Shown here in pieces: positions 46,828 through 56,291 of a DNA stretch of 64,000 bases. Numbering within the stretch: the stretch's first letter is position 1; each line of letters opens with the position of its first letter. This stretch comes from Candidatus Tayloriibacteriota bacterium (GTDB lineage Bacteria > Patescibacteriota > Minisyncoccia > Phycocordibacterales > UBA6065). A program made the position numbers and the translations under genes. The notes beneath the pieces are model-generated. The model ran no database searches and had not been told where the DNA came from. It saw only the letters and a program-made list of their open reading frames with translations. The stretch lies in contig JACRJQ010000007.1 in the NCBI GenBank assembly GCA_016215405.1, positions 150,298 through 214,297 of the forward strand. The letters run 5' to 3'.

Positions 46828-49107
46828 CTACGGACACCCGCTTACATAGCCGCAACTCTGATCCCAGTCGACGCATTCGTATGAGCAATTGCACTCGTAC
46901 CATTCGTAACCGTCGCTACACCAGCTGCAGACCTCATCGGAATTCACGCAATACGGTTCCCCGCACACATATCGGTCCGCCACGTTCGCCGGAGCCGAGA
47001 CCGAGCATGTGCCGGCGCAATTACGGGTTCCGCTATTCGTCTGGCCGCAATTGTTCGCAGACGAAGTGCAGGACTGGCCGTAATAAGACGGATCAGAAGC
47101 CGTGCACGAGCCGTATGCGTTCGTCGTCCCATAGATGCAACCGCCTGGAGAGGACCAACAATAGTAAGGCGCCTGCACGGCCGAGCCGTCGCCATTGACG
47201 CACCCTGTGCAGCCGTATGTTCCATAATTGCAGCCTGCGCCATTGCAGACCGAGCAGGACTGACCGTAATTCGAAGGGCTCTGCGCTGAACAATTGCCAT
47301 ATCCGTCGGTTAGACCGAAGGAGCACGCGCCTGGAGAAGACCAGCAGGTATAGGGCGCCTGCACGGCCGAGCCGTTAGGATTGACGCATGATCCGCCACA
47401 GTTATATGTTCCGTAATTGCATCCCATGCCGGTACACGCCGAGCACGACTGGTTATAGTTCGCTGCGCAGCATGACTGGGTATTGCAGGCCTGAGAGCTC
47501 GCCGGCGGCAGCATCATCGTGCAGATTCCCCCTTCTTCGTACACCCCATCGTCCCGAAGGCAGCGCACCGTCCTCGTCTGAGTGCCGCCTCCGCAGGAAG
47601 CCGAGCAAGACGACCAGCCGCCCAGCTCCCAAGAATAGGAGTGTGCGACCCAGCATGAGCCGTTCGAATAGGGCGTAGATCCCCATGAACCGTTATAGCA
47701 GGTAGACGTCCTCGATACGGACGAGCAGCTCGACGGCCAATAGACATAGCTCGATGAATACGTCGTGCACGACCCCCCGTCAGACACGGTCCCGCAAGCG
47801 CTCGAATAGCACGAGCAGCCTTGGGTATTGCAGCTCTGGCTCGTCGAAGGCTTCCCTCCTCCGCAGTAGGAGTCGGATACGGATATTCCGTCGCTGCGCT
47901 CGCACCACACGCCCCTCGATTGGCTGCCTCCTCCGCAGGACGCCGAACATGATCCCCAGCCGTCGTAATTCCAATAGTAGTCATAGCCGACCGAGCACGA
48001 ACCGTTCGGATAGGGCGATGCGCTCCAAGAGCCGTTACTGCAAGTCGAGGTGCGGGAAACAGACGAACACGACGAAGGATAGCTGACAGAGCTCGAAGAA
48101 TACGAGGTGCAGGAAGCGCCGTTCGACGCGGCGGAGCATGCGCCGGAGGCGCTGCAGCCGCTTGAGCAGCTGCCATAAGCGTACGGAGAGGCGCTCCACG
48201 TGCCGTCGCTACAGGTGGAGGTGCGTGCAACCATAGAACATGAGGCTCCCGACGGAGCGGTCGAAGAATAGGTCGTGCAGGATCCTCCATGCGCGGTCGT
48301 ACCGCAGCCGCCCGAAGCGGAGCAGGACCTGTAGCTCTGAGAGCAAGAGCTGTAGGCCCCCGGCGTCACGGTCCATGCCCCGTTCGAGCACGTAGACGAG
48401 ATAGACGCGCCCGAGCAGGTGGCAGGAGACGTCGCCGAGCTCGCGGTGTAGCTCGTGCAGGAAGCGCCGTTCGACGCGGCGGAACATGCGCCGGAGGCGC
48501 TGCAGCCGCTCGTACAACTGCTGTATACATATGGCGACGCGCTCCATGTACCATCGCTACAGGTAGAGACCCGAGAGACCGTGGAGCACGATGCGCCCGA
48601 AGGGGAATTCGAAGAGTATGTGGTGCAGCTTCCGCCATGAGCCGTCGTGCCGCAGCCGCCCGAGGGCGCGCATGAGCGATAGCCCTGCGAACAAGAGCCG
48701 TAAGCGGCGGGAGTGACGGACCATGCCCCTCCTACGCACGTCGCCGTCACTGATATCGCCGCGCACGTGGTGGGAGACGTTGCCGAGCTCGCGGTGTAGC
48801 TCGTGCATGTGCTTCCCAAGGCAGCGGCGGCGCACCCCCCTGACGCAGCGCACCCGCAGGGAGATTTCGTCACTCCTGTAGGGAGGTGGTCATAGAAGGA
48901 GGCCCATTCTTCTGCCGTCTTCGTAGGGATAAATATCCTGCTCCCTGTATCGTTTGTTATGACATAGCATGTCCCGATCTCGTTCACCGAGATAGCCGAA
49001 CCTGCATTTAGAGAGTACGACGTCGCCGCGTCGGATGCCGTAGCAACTGCAAAAAGAGAGAGGCATAGCGCCAGGCCTTTCGCGATCGCGGCTATTTTAG
49101 TTGGCAT
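46828..49107 (-). CDS. large Cys-rich secreted repeat protein with thrombospondin-type-1-like (TSP1) repeats
   Basis: Signal peptide (MPTKIAAIAKGLALCLSLFAVATA); two or more ~45-aa Cys modules (GGCGTTAHGGSCTTYSS...); two TSP1-like units WGSCSASCGGGSQSRGVWC and WSSCSASCGGGTQTRTVRC; nucleotide-level tandem repeats. The ORF extends to 49188. Confidence 0.6.
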   Translation of the reverse strand: MPTKIAAIAKGLALCLSLFAVATASDAATSYSLNAGSAISVNEIGTCYVITNDTGSRIFIPTKTAEEWASFYDHLPTGVTKSPCGCAASGGCAAAALGSTCTSYTASSATSPTTCAAISVTATCVGGAWSVTPAAYGSCSQGYRSCAPSGGCGTTAHGGSCTTYSSNSPSGASCSTVSRVSTCSDGTWSASPYVYSSCTSGCSASGACSAASNGASCTSYTASSATSPATCSGASISSTCSNGAWTVTPGAYSSCSQSYRSCSASGGCGTTAHGGSCTTYSSTAPSGASCSMVARTSTCSDGTWSASPYAYGSCSSGCSASGACSAASNGASCTSYSSSSVSYPSSCSSVSRTSTCSNGSWSASPYPNGSCSVGYDYYWNYDGWGSCSASCGGGSQSRGVWCERSDGISVSDSYCGGGKPSTSQSCNTQGCSCYSSACGTVSDGGSCTTYSSSYVYWPSSCSSVSRTSTCYNGSWGSTPYSNGSCWVAHSYSWELGGWSSCSASCGGGTQTRTVRCLRDDGVYEEGGICTMMLPPASSQACNTQSCCAANYNQSCSACTGMGCNYGTYNCGGSCVNPNGSAVQAPYTCWSSPGACSFGLTDGYGNCSAQSPSNYGQSCSVCNGAGCNYGTYGCTGCVNGDGSAVQAPYYCWSSPGGCIYGTTNAYGSCTASDPSYYGQSCTSSANNCGQTNSGTRNCAGTCSVSAPANVADRYVCGEPYCVNSDEVCSWCSDGYEWYECNCSYECVDWDQSCGYVSGCP

Positions 49108-49261
49108 CTGTTTTCCGTTATCTACGCTTGCTGCCTTGATAATCCCCAACCTCAGCTCTGAAGGGATCCAGAGCTTGCGACAAGGCACGAGCCCTCACAA
49201 TGAACATTATATACCAATAGTTTCGAAAAATTGAAACTATCGGCGGACAGCCGGCCGAAGG

Positions 49262-49627
49262 CTACTCGACGACGCTTATGGTACCGCGTATCCGAGGCTT
49301 GAGATGGTCGTGGTAAGTCCACTCGCCTGCTTCTTCGAACACGAACTCCCATTCCTCTCCTGGGCCTACGGGCTCTCGCGGATCGAACTCGGGGTAGAGC
49401 TCGTGCGTAGGATGCAGGTTCGAGGCGGGCCAAAGGTAGGCGTCGTCGGTAGCGTTCACGAACCTCACCGCCTCGCCTCGCTTGATGGTCGTCGTTGCTG
49501 GAGAGTAGCCTTTCTCCGTCATGGACATGACAGCGCCCACTCGAACATCTCTGTCTGAAAGGAGCGATGCCCCGAGAGCAGATGCCGCCGCAAGGGTTAA
49601 CAAGGCGATGACCAGCTTCTTACGCAT
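49262..49627 (-). CDS. secreted cupredoxin-like domain protein
   Basis: Signal peptide; ...RFVNATDDAYLWPASNLHPTHE...GEEWEFVFEEAGEWTYHDHLKPRIRGTISV, shared with the N-terminal domains of the genes at 52182 and 54780. Confidence 0.55.
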   Translation of the reverse strand: MRKKLVIALLTLAAASALGASLLSDRDVRVGAVMSMTEKGYSPATTTIKRGEAVRFVNATDDAYLWPASNLHPTHELYPEFDPREPVGPGEEWEFVFEEAGEWTYHDHLKPRIRGTISVVE

Positions 49628-50108
49628 GCTTTTTCTTGAGAAAGAGAATGATAAGGGCTCCTACGACCGCGCCCAGAAGAGCAGAGGCGGATGCGACGAG
49701 AAAAGAAGCCTTAGATCCTTCAGGCGCCCCCACCGAAAACGGAAACTCTCCTTCGGCTATCGTCTCGGAGCCGTCCTGAAATCGCACGAAGAGCGAGTAC
49801 GACCCTTCTTTCGGAAAGACGATGCTGAATCCGGGCTTTCCGAATTCTCCGTAGGCGATCGGCCCGGCAAAAACGGTTTTCTTCCCTTCCTCTATCTTCA
49901 CCCAAGCGCTCGTGAAAGGGATCTCGTCCCCTCCAGAGGCGGGAGAGACCGCGATGTCATACCGGACGAGCTCTCCGGCCACCGGCTCTTGGCTATAGCC
50001 GATATCGAACTTGTGGTCTCCGACGACCGTCTCTATAGAAGGCCCTCCGGCGTGAGCGAAAGCGAAGACCGGTACAAAAGCGAGCAAGAAGAGAGAAGCT
50101 TTTTTCAT
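49620..50108 (-). CDS. hypothetical secreted protein with C-terminal TM anchor
   Basis: Signal peptide, beta-rich body, C-terminal hydrophobic helix plus KKKHA. Confidence 0.45.
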   Translation of the reverse strand: MKKASLFLLAFVPVFAFAHAGGPSIETVVGDHKFDIGYSQEPVAGELVRYDIAVSPASGGDEIPFTSAWVKIEEGKKTVFAGPIAYGEFGKPGFSIVFPKEGSYSLFVRFQDGSETIAEGEFPFSVGAPEGSKASFLVASASALLGAVVGALIILFLKKKHA

Positions 50109-50244
50109 TCGCCTATTCTAGCCTATTTTCAAATCTGCGGGTATTTGAAGCGCCTTAGCCCTTACCTTGCGGCAGGTGAGATGTACCGTATAATTATCGG
50201 GACGTCTAGGCTTAGATTATTAATAAGGTCTGACGCGATCTTGA

Positions 50245-50820
50245 ATGCAAAATAGCAAAAAAGCCATCATCGTCGTTCTATTACTAGCAATCGCCGGTCT
50301 AGGGTACGCGGTGTACTCTAGGCAGGCTGCGCCGGAAGCTCCGACAGCCCAGGTTCAGAACGAGAACCCTACGCCTGCCGGAAACGTCGACGCGACGGGA
50401 GTGAAGGAACAAGCCGCCTCCGCCTCGAAAGTCTCCCTCGCTGAAGTGAGGAAGATCCTAAGCGACAGGGGAGCCAGCCCGACAAAGGAGGCGCTCGACA
50501 GATTCTCCACGAGCGTAACGGCGGCAGCGGTGAGGTCGAGCGTCCTCGATATCTCTGGCTGCGTCGCGACGCCTAACGTGATCGAGGTCTTCGCCGGAGA
50601 GCCGTTCACCGTGAAAAATACCGACAACTTCCCGCACGTGATCCATTACGGCGGAAAGAACCCTGAAACTATCCCTGGGAGCACGGAAAGGAAGATCACC
50701 CTCGAGTTCCCGAACGCGGAGAAAGGCGTTGCTGGAGTCATGTCTCCTTTTACCTGCGACACGGACAAGACTGAGGAGCCTATCGGCATATTCAGCGTAG
50801 TCCCCCGCTCAGACGAATAG
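50245..50820 (+). CDS. membrane-anchored protein with C-terminal small beta-sandwich (cupredoxin/azurin-like) domain
   Basis: CVATPNVIEVFAGEPFTVKNTDNFPHVI...FTCD resembles the C-terminus of the gene at 58454 (CVANPTVAMVAFGQKITFVNDD...GYGCDASQRAIGM). Confidence 0.4.
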   Translation: MQNSKKAIIVVLLLAIAGLGYAVYSRQAAPEAPTAQVQNENPTPAGNVDATGVKEQAASASKVSLAEVRKILSDRGASPTKEALDRFSTSVTAAAVRSSVLDISGCVATPNVIEVFAGEPFTVKNTDNFPHVIHYGGKNPETIPGSTERKITLEFPNAEKGVAGVMSPFTCDTDKTEEPIGIFSVVPRSDE

Positions 50821-50832
50821 CTCTAGCCACGA

Positions 50833-50858
50833 AAAATCCCCCGCTTGGGGGATTTTTC
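50833..50858. terminator. bidirectional rho-independent terminator
   Basis: aaaaatccccc-gctt-gggggattttt. Confidence 0.75.
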
Positions 50859-50879
50859 ATTTCGGCTTCTTCGATAAGG

Positions 50880-52145
50880 CTATCGGGGCGCTTTCGCGTG
50901 GCACTTGTCTTTCCAAGGATCCGGAAGGGCGCCGCAGAACGCGTAGAAGGCATCGCTCCCGGCATGGAAATTATATGTGGAATACTTGAGAAGCTCGAGA
51001 TAGCAGAGATTCTCCGGGTCGTTCGGCGCGGCGCGAGCGCAGAGCGAAGCGGACGCCGCGCTGTTTCGATAGTCTGTCTCTATGATCCTCGATGCTGCCT
51101 GCGCGAAGCAATTGCCCCGAAACTCCCTCGGCATCCCCTCGCAATAGCTCGCGATTTTATCTTCGTCGAATCCCATCTGAGAAGTGAATACGTACATGAG
51201 GGCGTTAAAGCACCTCTGTCTCTCGGGTTCGGCCGGGAGCGCTTCGCAGTGCGCGATGAGGTTATTCGGCTCGAAAAGCTCTTTTCTGAAGAGCGGCCAC
51301 GACTCCGACCAGCACGAGCCCCTTTCACGTCCGCTGTAGCCGCCGCAGAACGCCTCCACCTTATCGAGGCCCACCTCCTTTCCTTCTATGAGAGCGAAAT
51401 CGTCTGGTTCGAGAGGCTGGAATATCTGCATGAACGCGCCGTCGAAGCAGAGCTGGGAAAAATCCCTCGTGCCTTTGAAGGCGAGCTCCTTGCACAACGA
51501 AAGGGAGCGGTCGATATCGGCGTCGGTCACGTACATGAATAGATGGCCTAAGGCGTGATAGCAGCTCGCCTGCTCGAGGCCGGTCGGGGAGAATCCTTCG
51601 CGCCTCTCGCACACGCTCGCGAATTGAGGCTTATACTTCTCGATCTCCTCTGGAGAGAGCGATTCGCGCCTGAACCTCTCCTGGAACGCTCCGTGGATGC
51701 AGCCGTTCGAGCAGACTCCCGAAGGGCACCTCTGTATCACCGTTTGCCACAGATCGGGATCCTTAGCGGTCTCCTTGGCCGAGAGCTTGTGTCCGAGGAC
51801 GTGGCAATACCGATAGCTCGTATCGATGTCTTGGACGATTCTCGTTACCTCGAACGCTTCCTCCATAGATATCTCGTCCATAAGCTTCGGAAGCTCCTCG
51901 TCATAGCAAGTCGGCTTGTACGAGGCGCCAGCACACTCCTCGACGACGCTTTGCGCGTACGAGACGAAATCTCCATGCTCTTTTCGAGAGGGACCTCCGG
52001 AGAGAAGGACCGCGAGCTCGAAGCAGACGAGCGTAGCGAGGACGAGAGCTGTCGCCGGAAAAACCGCTTTCTTCCCTTTCGGAAGCCTTTGAGTGAGCGG
52101 ATGAAAGCGCTTCATGAGCGCATGCATTCTTTTATGGGTATTCAC
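50880..52145 (-). CDS. Cys/His-rich repeat protein, paralogue 1 of an unrecognised extracytoplasmic family
   Basis: N-terminal TM; repeated motifs YCHVLGHKL, SCYHALGHLF, QLCFDGAF, QRCFNAL, NLCYLEL. Confidence 0.55.
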   Translation of the reverse strand: MNTHKRMHALMKRFHPLTQRLPKGKKAVFPATALVLATLVCFELAVLLSGGPSRKEHGDFVSYAQSVVEECAGASYKPTCYDEELPKLMDEISMEEAFEVTRIVQDIDTSYRYCHVLGHKLSAKETAKDPDLWQTVIQRCPSGVCSNGCIHGAFQERFRRESLSPEEIEKYKPQFASVCERREGFSPTGLEQASCYHALGHLFMYVTDADIDRSLSLCKELAFKGTRDFSQLCFDGAFMQIFQPLEPDDFALIEGKEVGLDKVEAFCGGYSGRERGSCWSESWPLFRKELFEPNNLIAHCEALPAEPERQRCFNALMYVFTSQMGFDEDKIASYCEGMPREFRGNCFAQAASRIIETDYRNSAASASLCARAAPNDPENLCYLELLKYSTYNFHAGSDAFYAFCGALPDPWKDKCHAKAPR

Positions 52146-52181
52146 AGCAAGATTATAGCGTACCGGAGACTGAGAGTCTGC

Positions 52182-53639
52182 TTAGGGCTTATAGCAGTCT
52201 TCCCTGCGCAGAGGATCGACTCCGGAGCAGATCGCCTTCTGCTTCTCTTTTGAATAGTAGGCCCGCACGCTTCCGAACGCCGCTTCATAGCAAGAGTCCT
52301 GCTCCCCTTTCGACATTCCCGGGGTCTCGCAGAACGCAATCGCCGCTTCATATTCTCTCCCTGGCGGCCCGAACTCCATAAGCCCCGAAGGTATTCCTTG
52401 GACGCACGGGACGACGAGGTCTTCTCTCGCAGCCTTACAAGAGCGCACCGTAGACTCGAATTCGTCCTCGTAGGGCTCTTTGAAATTCGACGGAAAGACC
52501 CCCGAAAGACTTCTCATCGCGAGCGCCGAATACTGGAGATCGTCTTCGATCTCTTCGACGTATTCTATGGCGCGGGATAAGTCGCTGTTAGAGAGGGTGG
52601 CGACGAGAGTGTTCATCTCCTGGTAGCACGGATTCTTCACCCGAAACTCCTTCCAGTTTTTGCACACCTCGAACGGCCCCCTATCGTCGAGCGACAGATT
52701 ATAGGAGCGCTCGATGAACATGAGCGCGATCGAGTTAAAGACGCCGGAGACGCACCTATAGAAATGAGGCTCAGTGGGATCAACCTTGTTACAGAGAGCG
52801 ATGCCTGGAGAGGCGAGAGCTACAGGATCTCCCCACGCGCGCGGGTCGCCTCCGTCTGCAGCGCCGTGCCCTATGCCGTGGTAGCAGGCCCCTTCTGCGT
52901 TAGCGCTCTCCGAAGCGAGGAGCTTCCCTGCCTGCGCGCAGAACTCCCTCGCCCCGTCGACGTCTCCGGATATCTGGAGCATCTCTTCCATGAAGCCGTG
53001 ATAGAAGCCATAACTGCAATACGATGTCTTCGCGGAAAGCTTTATCTCTTTACCCTCGTCGAAGGCGAGATAGGCGCTCTTGCCGAGGATGTGGGCGACG
53101 GAGTGGCATGAATCCCGAAACCTCGGATCGGTATCGTAGAGCTCGGCCATACGGTCAAGCGCGGCGTCGAGGCCGCCTTTTTTAAGAGCTGCGACGACGT
53201 CTGCTTGAAAGCATTCCCCGGGCGTCGAGCTGGCCGATTTGCAATCAGGCACGACAACCTTGCCTGTCGAGCTTAAGACCACGATCTCTCCCGTCTGCCG
53301 CGAGGCTAGATGGTCATGGAATTTCCATATGCCGGGCTTTTCGAAAGAGAACGACCAAGACCCTCCTGCCTCGACGGGCATCTTGGGGTCGAATTGCGAA
53401 TATATGCCATGGCTCGGATGGAGATCGGATGCCGGCCAGAACGGATTATCCGACTCGTTGCGGAAAGTCACTCTATCGCCAAGGGACACCACAAGCCTTC
53501 TCGGCGAAAATCCGCTAGCGTCATAGGCTATCTCTCTCGTCTTCGAGAGAGAAAAATCGTCTCTGCTTAAGACGAGATAGGCGGCGATCGCCGAGATCGC
53601 GAGGACGAGGATGGTTGCACCGATGAGGGCTTTGCGCAT
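52182..53639 (-). CDS. Cys/His-rich repeat protein, paralogue 2, with N-terminal cupredoxin-like domain
   Basis: TM, then ...FWPASDLHPSHG...GIWKFHDHL..., then SCHSVAHILG, YCSYGFYHGF, GACYHGIGHGA, NPCYQEM, SCYEAAFG. Confidence 0.6.
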   Translation of the reverse strand: MRKALIGATILVLAISAIAAYLVLSRDDFSLSKTREIAYDASGFSPRRLVVSLGDRVTFRNESDNPFWPASDLHPSHGIYSQFDPKMPVEAGGSWSFSFEKPGIWKFHDHLASRQTGEIVVLSSTGKVVVPDCKSASSTPGECFQADVVAALKKGGLDAALDRMAELYDTDPRFRDSCHSVAHILGKSAYLAFDEGKEIKLSAKTSYCSYGFYHGFMEEMLQISGDVDGAREFCAQAGKLLASESANAEGACYHGIGHGAADGGDPRAWGDPVALASPGIALCNKVDPTEPHFYRCVSGVFNSIALMFIERSYNLSLDDRGPFEVCKNWKEFRVKNPCYQEMNTLVATLSNSDLSRAIEYVEEIEDDLQYSALAMRSLSGVFPSNFKEPYEDEFESTVRSCKAAREDLVVPCVQGIPSGLMEFGPPGREYEAAIAFCETPGMSKGEQDSCYEAAFGSVRAYYSKEKQKAICSGVDPLRREDCYKP

Positions 53640-53648
53640 TATCGTTAT

Positions 53649-54698
53649 TTATATGATGATCTCCGATTGTTCGAGGCAGTACGCATTCTCCGTCGCGGCA
53701 AGGCCCTGGCACGGCTCGCCCTTCCGCTCTCGCGAAGTCGGCTCCGCGAAAAAAGACCACGCCGCGCCGGCTCGGCACAGAAGCTCGCCTTCTCTGTCGG
53801 GCATCTTCGAGCACGCGGCGATCGATCTGACCGCGTCATACCTCTCATTTGCCCCGATCGAATTTCCGAGGCCTTTATAGCACGCCTCCCTCTCGCGCCC
53901 CGAAGGCGCGAGAGCGCAGAATTCTCCCGCTCTGGCCTGATCGCCCCCGAAGACGTTCATAAGCCATGCGGGCAATTCAAAATAGCAGGCCTCCGCGTAT
54001 GGTTTCGGTACCGAATCGCACGGGTAAAGGGGTCTCGAGGCGTCGAACTCCCGAGGCTCTGCCCCCTCGAGGCTCTGCATGGTCCGAAAGTTATATTCCA
54101 TAAAGACGCCCGATGTGCACCCGCCGATAGGCCCTTTCCATGAGAGCTTTCCGCAGATATCGAGCGCCTCGACGAGAGCGTCCTCACCCAGAAAACCGAG
54201 CACGCCGTGCCCTATCCCGTGCGGGCACCCGAGCCCTTTCGGGCCCCACTTCTTCACGCACTCTTTATCGAGCTCGAACACGACGTCAGGGCCGTTCTCC
54301 GTTATCGCCTTGCCGAAAAAGCTGTGATAGCAGCCGAAGGCGAAAGCGCTGTCGCAAACAGCGACTCCTGCAATGCCCTCTTTCTCATAGATAAGCTCTC
54401 CCATGATATGCGCGAGCGTGTGCGCTACGCCGAATTCCTTATCCTTGTTGCCCTCTTTGAAGAGCTCGTAGGCCCTTTCCGCTCCTTTATCCTCTATCTC
54501 CTTCTTCCAAAGCCTCTTCTCCTTGGTGTAATGGCCGGACCAGAGAGGATTGAGGGAGTCTTCGGGCCTTGCGTCCGCGCCTTCGCCCCGTATGAGGATC
54601 GAGGCCTCGAAGGCGACGATCGCGATAAGAGCGAGAGCGACGGAGATGAAAACCCTATGCGATGAAGCCCTTCGAAGCATGCGAGAGACAAATGACAT
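53649..54698 (-). CDS. Cys/His-rich repeat protein, paralogue 3
   Basis: VCDSAFAFGCYHSFFG, GCPHGIGHGV, GCTSGVFMEYN, EACYFELPAW, EACYKGLG. Confidence 0.6.
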   Translation of the reverse strand: MSFVSRMLRRASSHRVFISVALALIAIVAFEASILIRGEGADARPEDSLNPLWSGHYTKEKRLWKKEIEDKGAERAYELFKEGNKDKEFGVAHTLAHIMGELIYEKEGIAGVAVCDSAFAFGCYHSFFGKAITENGPDVVFELDKECVKKWGPKGLGCPHGIGHGVLGFLGEDALVEALDICGKLSWKGPIGGCTSGVFMEYNFRTMQSLEGAEPREFDASRPLYPCDSVPKPYAEACYFELPAWLMNVFGGDQARAGEFCALAPSGREREACYKGLGNSIGANERYDAVRSIAACSKMPDREGELLCRAGAAWSFFAEPTSRERKGEPCQGLAATENAYCLEQSEIII

Positions 54699-54779
54699 GC
54701 ATGAATTATATTCTATTTGCCAGAGGCCACAACGTTTGCCCGCTATTTTTTCGGGCCTCGGTTCTGTATAATTTGATGG

Positions 54780-56291
54780 ATGAAGCGAATCCGCCCACTC
54801 CTGTCGAGAGTCGCGAGACCGAGGCTGCTCCTCGCCTTCGCGGCGGCAGTCCTACTTTGCGCGGGAGGCGTCTATGCATCTTTACGCGGAACCGAAGGTC
54901 CGCGCGAATATACCATCGAAGCCAAAGAAGGCTCCTTCTTTCCCTCGAAGATCGCTCTTATCGTAGGGGACAAGGTGACCTTTAAGAACCTCGAATCTCA
55001 TTCGATCTGGCCGGCGTCCGACCCGCATCCGACCCATGAATTCCTCGCTGCCTTCGACCCAGGCGCGCCTATCCCCCCAGGAGGCTCTTGGACCTACAAA
55101 TTCTCCGAGACCGGGACATGGAGGTTCCACGACCACCTCGACGTGACGGTTCAGGGCGAGATACACGCTCTCGGCCGCACATCCGAGAAGACGGTCAAAA
55201 AATCGGCCTCGGGCGGATACTGCGACGGCAAATGCTTCGACGACCTGGTCAAAGAGACCGTCAAAGAGAAGGGCATCGACGCCGCCTACGCTCTCTTTCA
55301 AGAGACCTATGACTCTGGAAACCTGCCGCGAAGCTGTCATTGGACGGCCCACAAGATCGGAGAAGAGGCGTATCACCTCTTTAAAGAAGGGAAGGATTTC
55401 GCGATAACACAAGCCACATCCTACTGCGCATACGGTTTCTACCACGGATTCCTCGAAGGTCTCCTGCGCGATAATCCCGATCCTGCCTACGCGCTTACGT
55501 TCTGCGACAAGGTCGAGGAAAAGCTCGGTCGGTTGGGATTGCAAAACTGCTACCACGGTATAGGGCACGGCTTTACCGAAGATCCTCCGGATCCAAAGGT
55601 CGAGGGAGATTTCGAAGGGATGATAGAACCAGGCATAAAGATGTGCGAGTTCCTCTTCGGAAAGGATTTCAACAACCTCAACCTCTGCCTCACAGGCGTC
55701 TATACCGTTCCCGCGGGCTTCGCCTCTGATGGTACATACGGGCTTTCGATCGATCCCAAGGATCCGTTCGCGCTCTGCAAGGACGAACCTCTGCGCTACA
55801 AAAAAGCCTGCTATGGGGAATTCGCGCCCAAGCTCGATAAGATACTCGAAGGGGACATGTCACCCCTGCCTTCCTACGTCTCGTCTATAGACGACGATCG
55901 GCTCAAGAGGCTCGTCGTCTGGGTCGTACCGTCGGTCATGATGTCGCGAGACGTCACGTCCGCGGATCATTCGAAATATGTAGATTCATGCCGCCAAGGA
56001 TTCGAGGGCAGATACAGGCTTATCTGTTGGGGAGGTTCCATTCTCGGCTTCTTCTCTCATGGAAAACCCGAAAAGGAATACGAACCAGCGCTCGCTTTCT
56101 GCGCCTCTGCTTCATGGAAGACCGAGGGAGAGAGGACTTTCTGCTACGGCGAGGCGTTCAGACAGATGAGGCAGAACTACTCTATCGAGAAAGTAAAAAG
56201 CATTTGCCCCCTCGCCCCGAAAGCCTATGAGAGGCTCTGTCTCGATGAGAAAGGAGAGCATACCTCCCCTTACGACGACCCATCATTCTAA
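54780..56291 (+). CDS. Cys/His-rich repeat protein, paralogue 4, with N-terminal cupredoxin-like domain
   Basis: TM, then ...IWPASDPHPTHE...GTWRFHDHL..., then SCHWTAHKIG, YCAYGFYHGF, NCYHGIGHGF, KACYGEFAP, TFCYGEAF. Confidence 0.6.
   Translation: MKRIRPLLSRVARPRLLLAFAAAVLLCAGGVYASLRGTEGPREYTIEAKEGSFFPSKIALIVGDKVTFKNLESHSIWPASDPHPTHEFLAAFDPGAPIPPGGSWTYKFSETGTWRFHDHLDVTVQGEIHALGRTSEKTVKKSASGGYCDGKCFDDLVKETVKEKGIDAAYALFQETYDSGNLPRSCHWTAHKIGEEAYHLFKEGKDFAITQATSYCAYGFYHGFLEGLLRDNPDPAYALTFCDKVEEKLGRLGLQNCYHGIGHGFTEDPPDPKVEGDFEGMIEPGIKMCEFLFGKDFNNLNLCLTGVYTVPAGFASDGTYGLSIDPKDPFALCKDEPLRYKKACYGEFAPKLDKILEGDMSPLPSYVSSIDDDRLKRLVVWVVPSVMMSRDVTSADHSKYVDSCRQGFEGRYRLICWGGSILGFFSHGKPEKEYEPALAFCASASWKTEGERTFCYGEAFRQMRQNYSIEKVKSICPLAPKAYERLCLDEKGEHTSPYDDPSF

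Noticed and set aside
47200-48700. Highly repetitive DNA, possibly a CRISPR array
   Set aside because: The repeats are in-frame tandem duplications of Cys-rich protein modules (~130 nt, imperfect) with no short spacers or unique intervening sequences, and no cas genes nearby.
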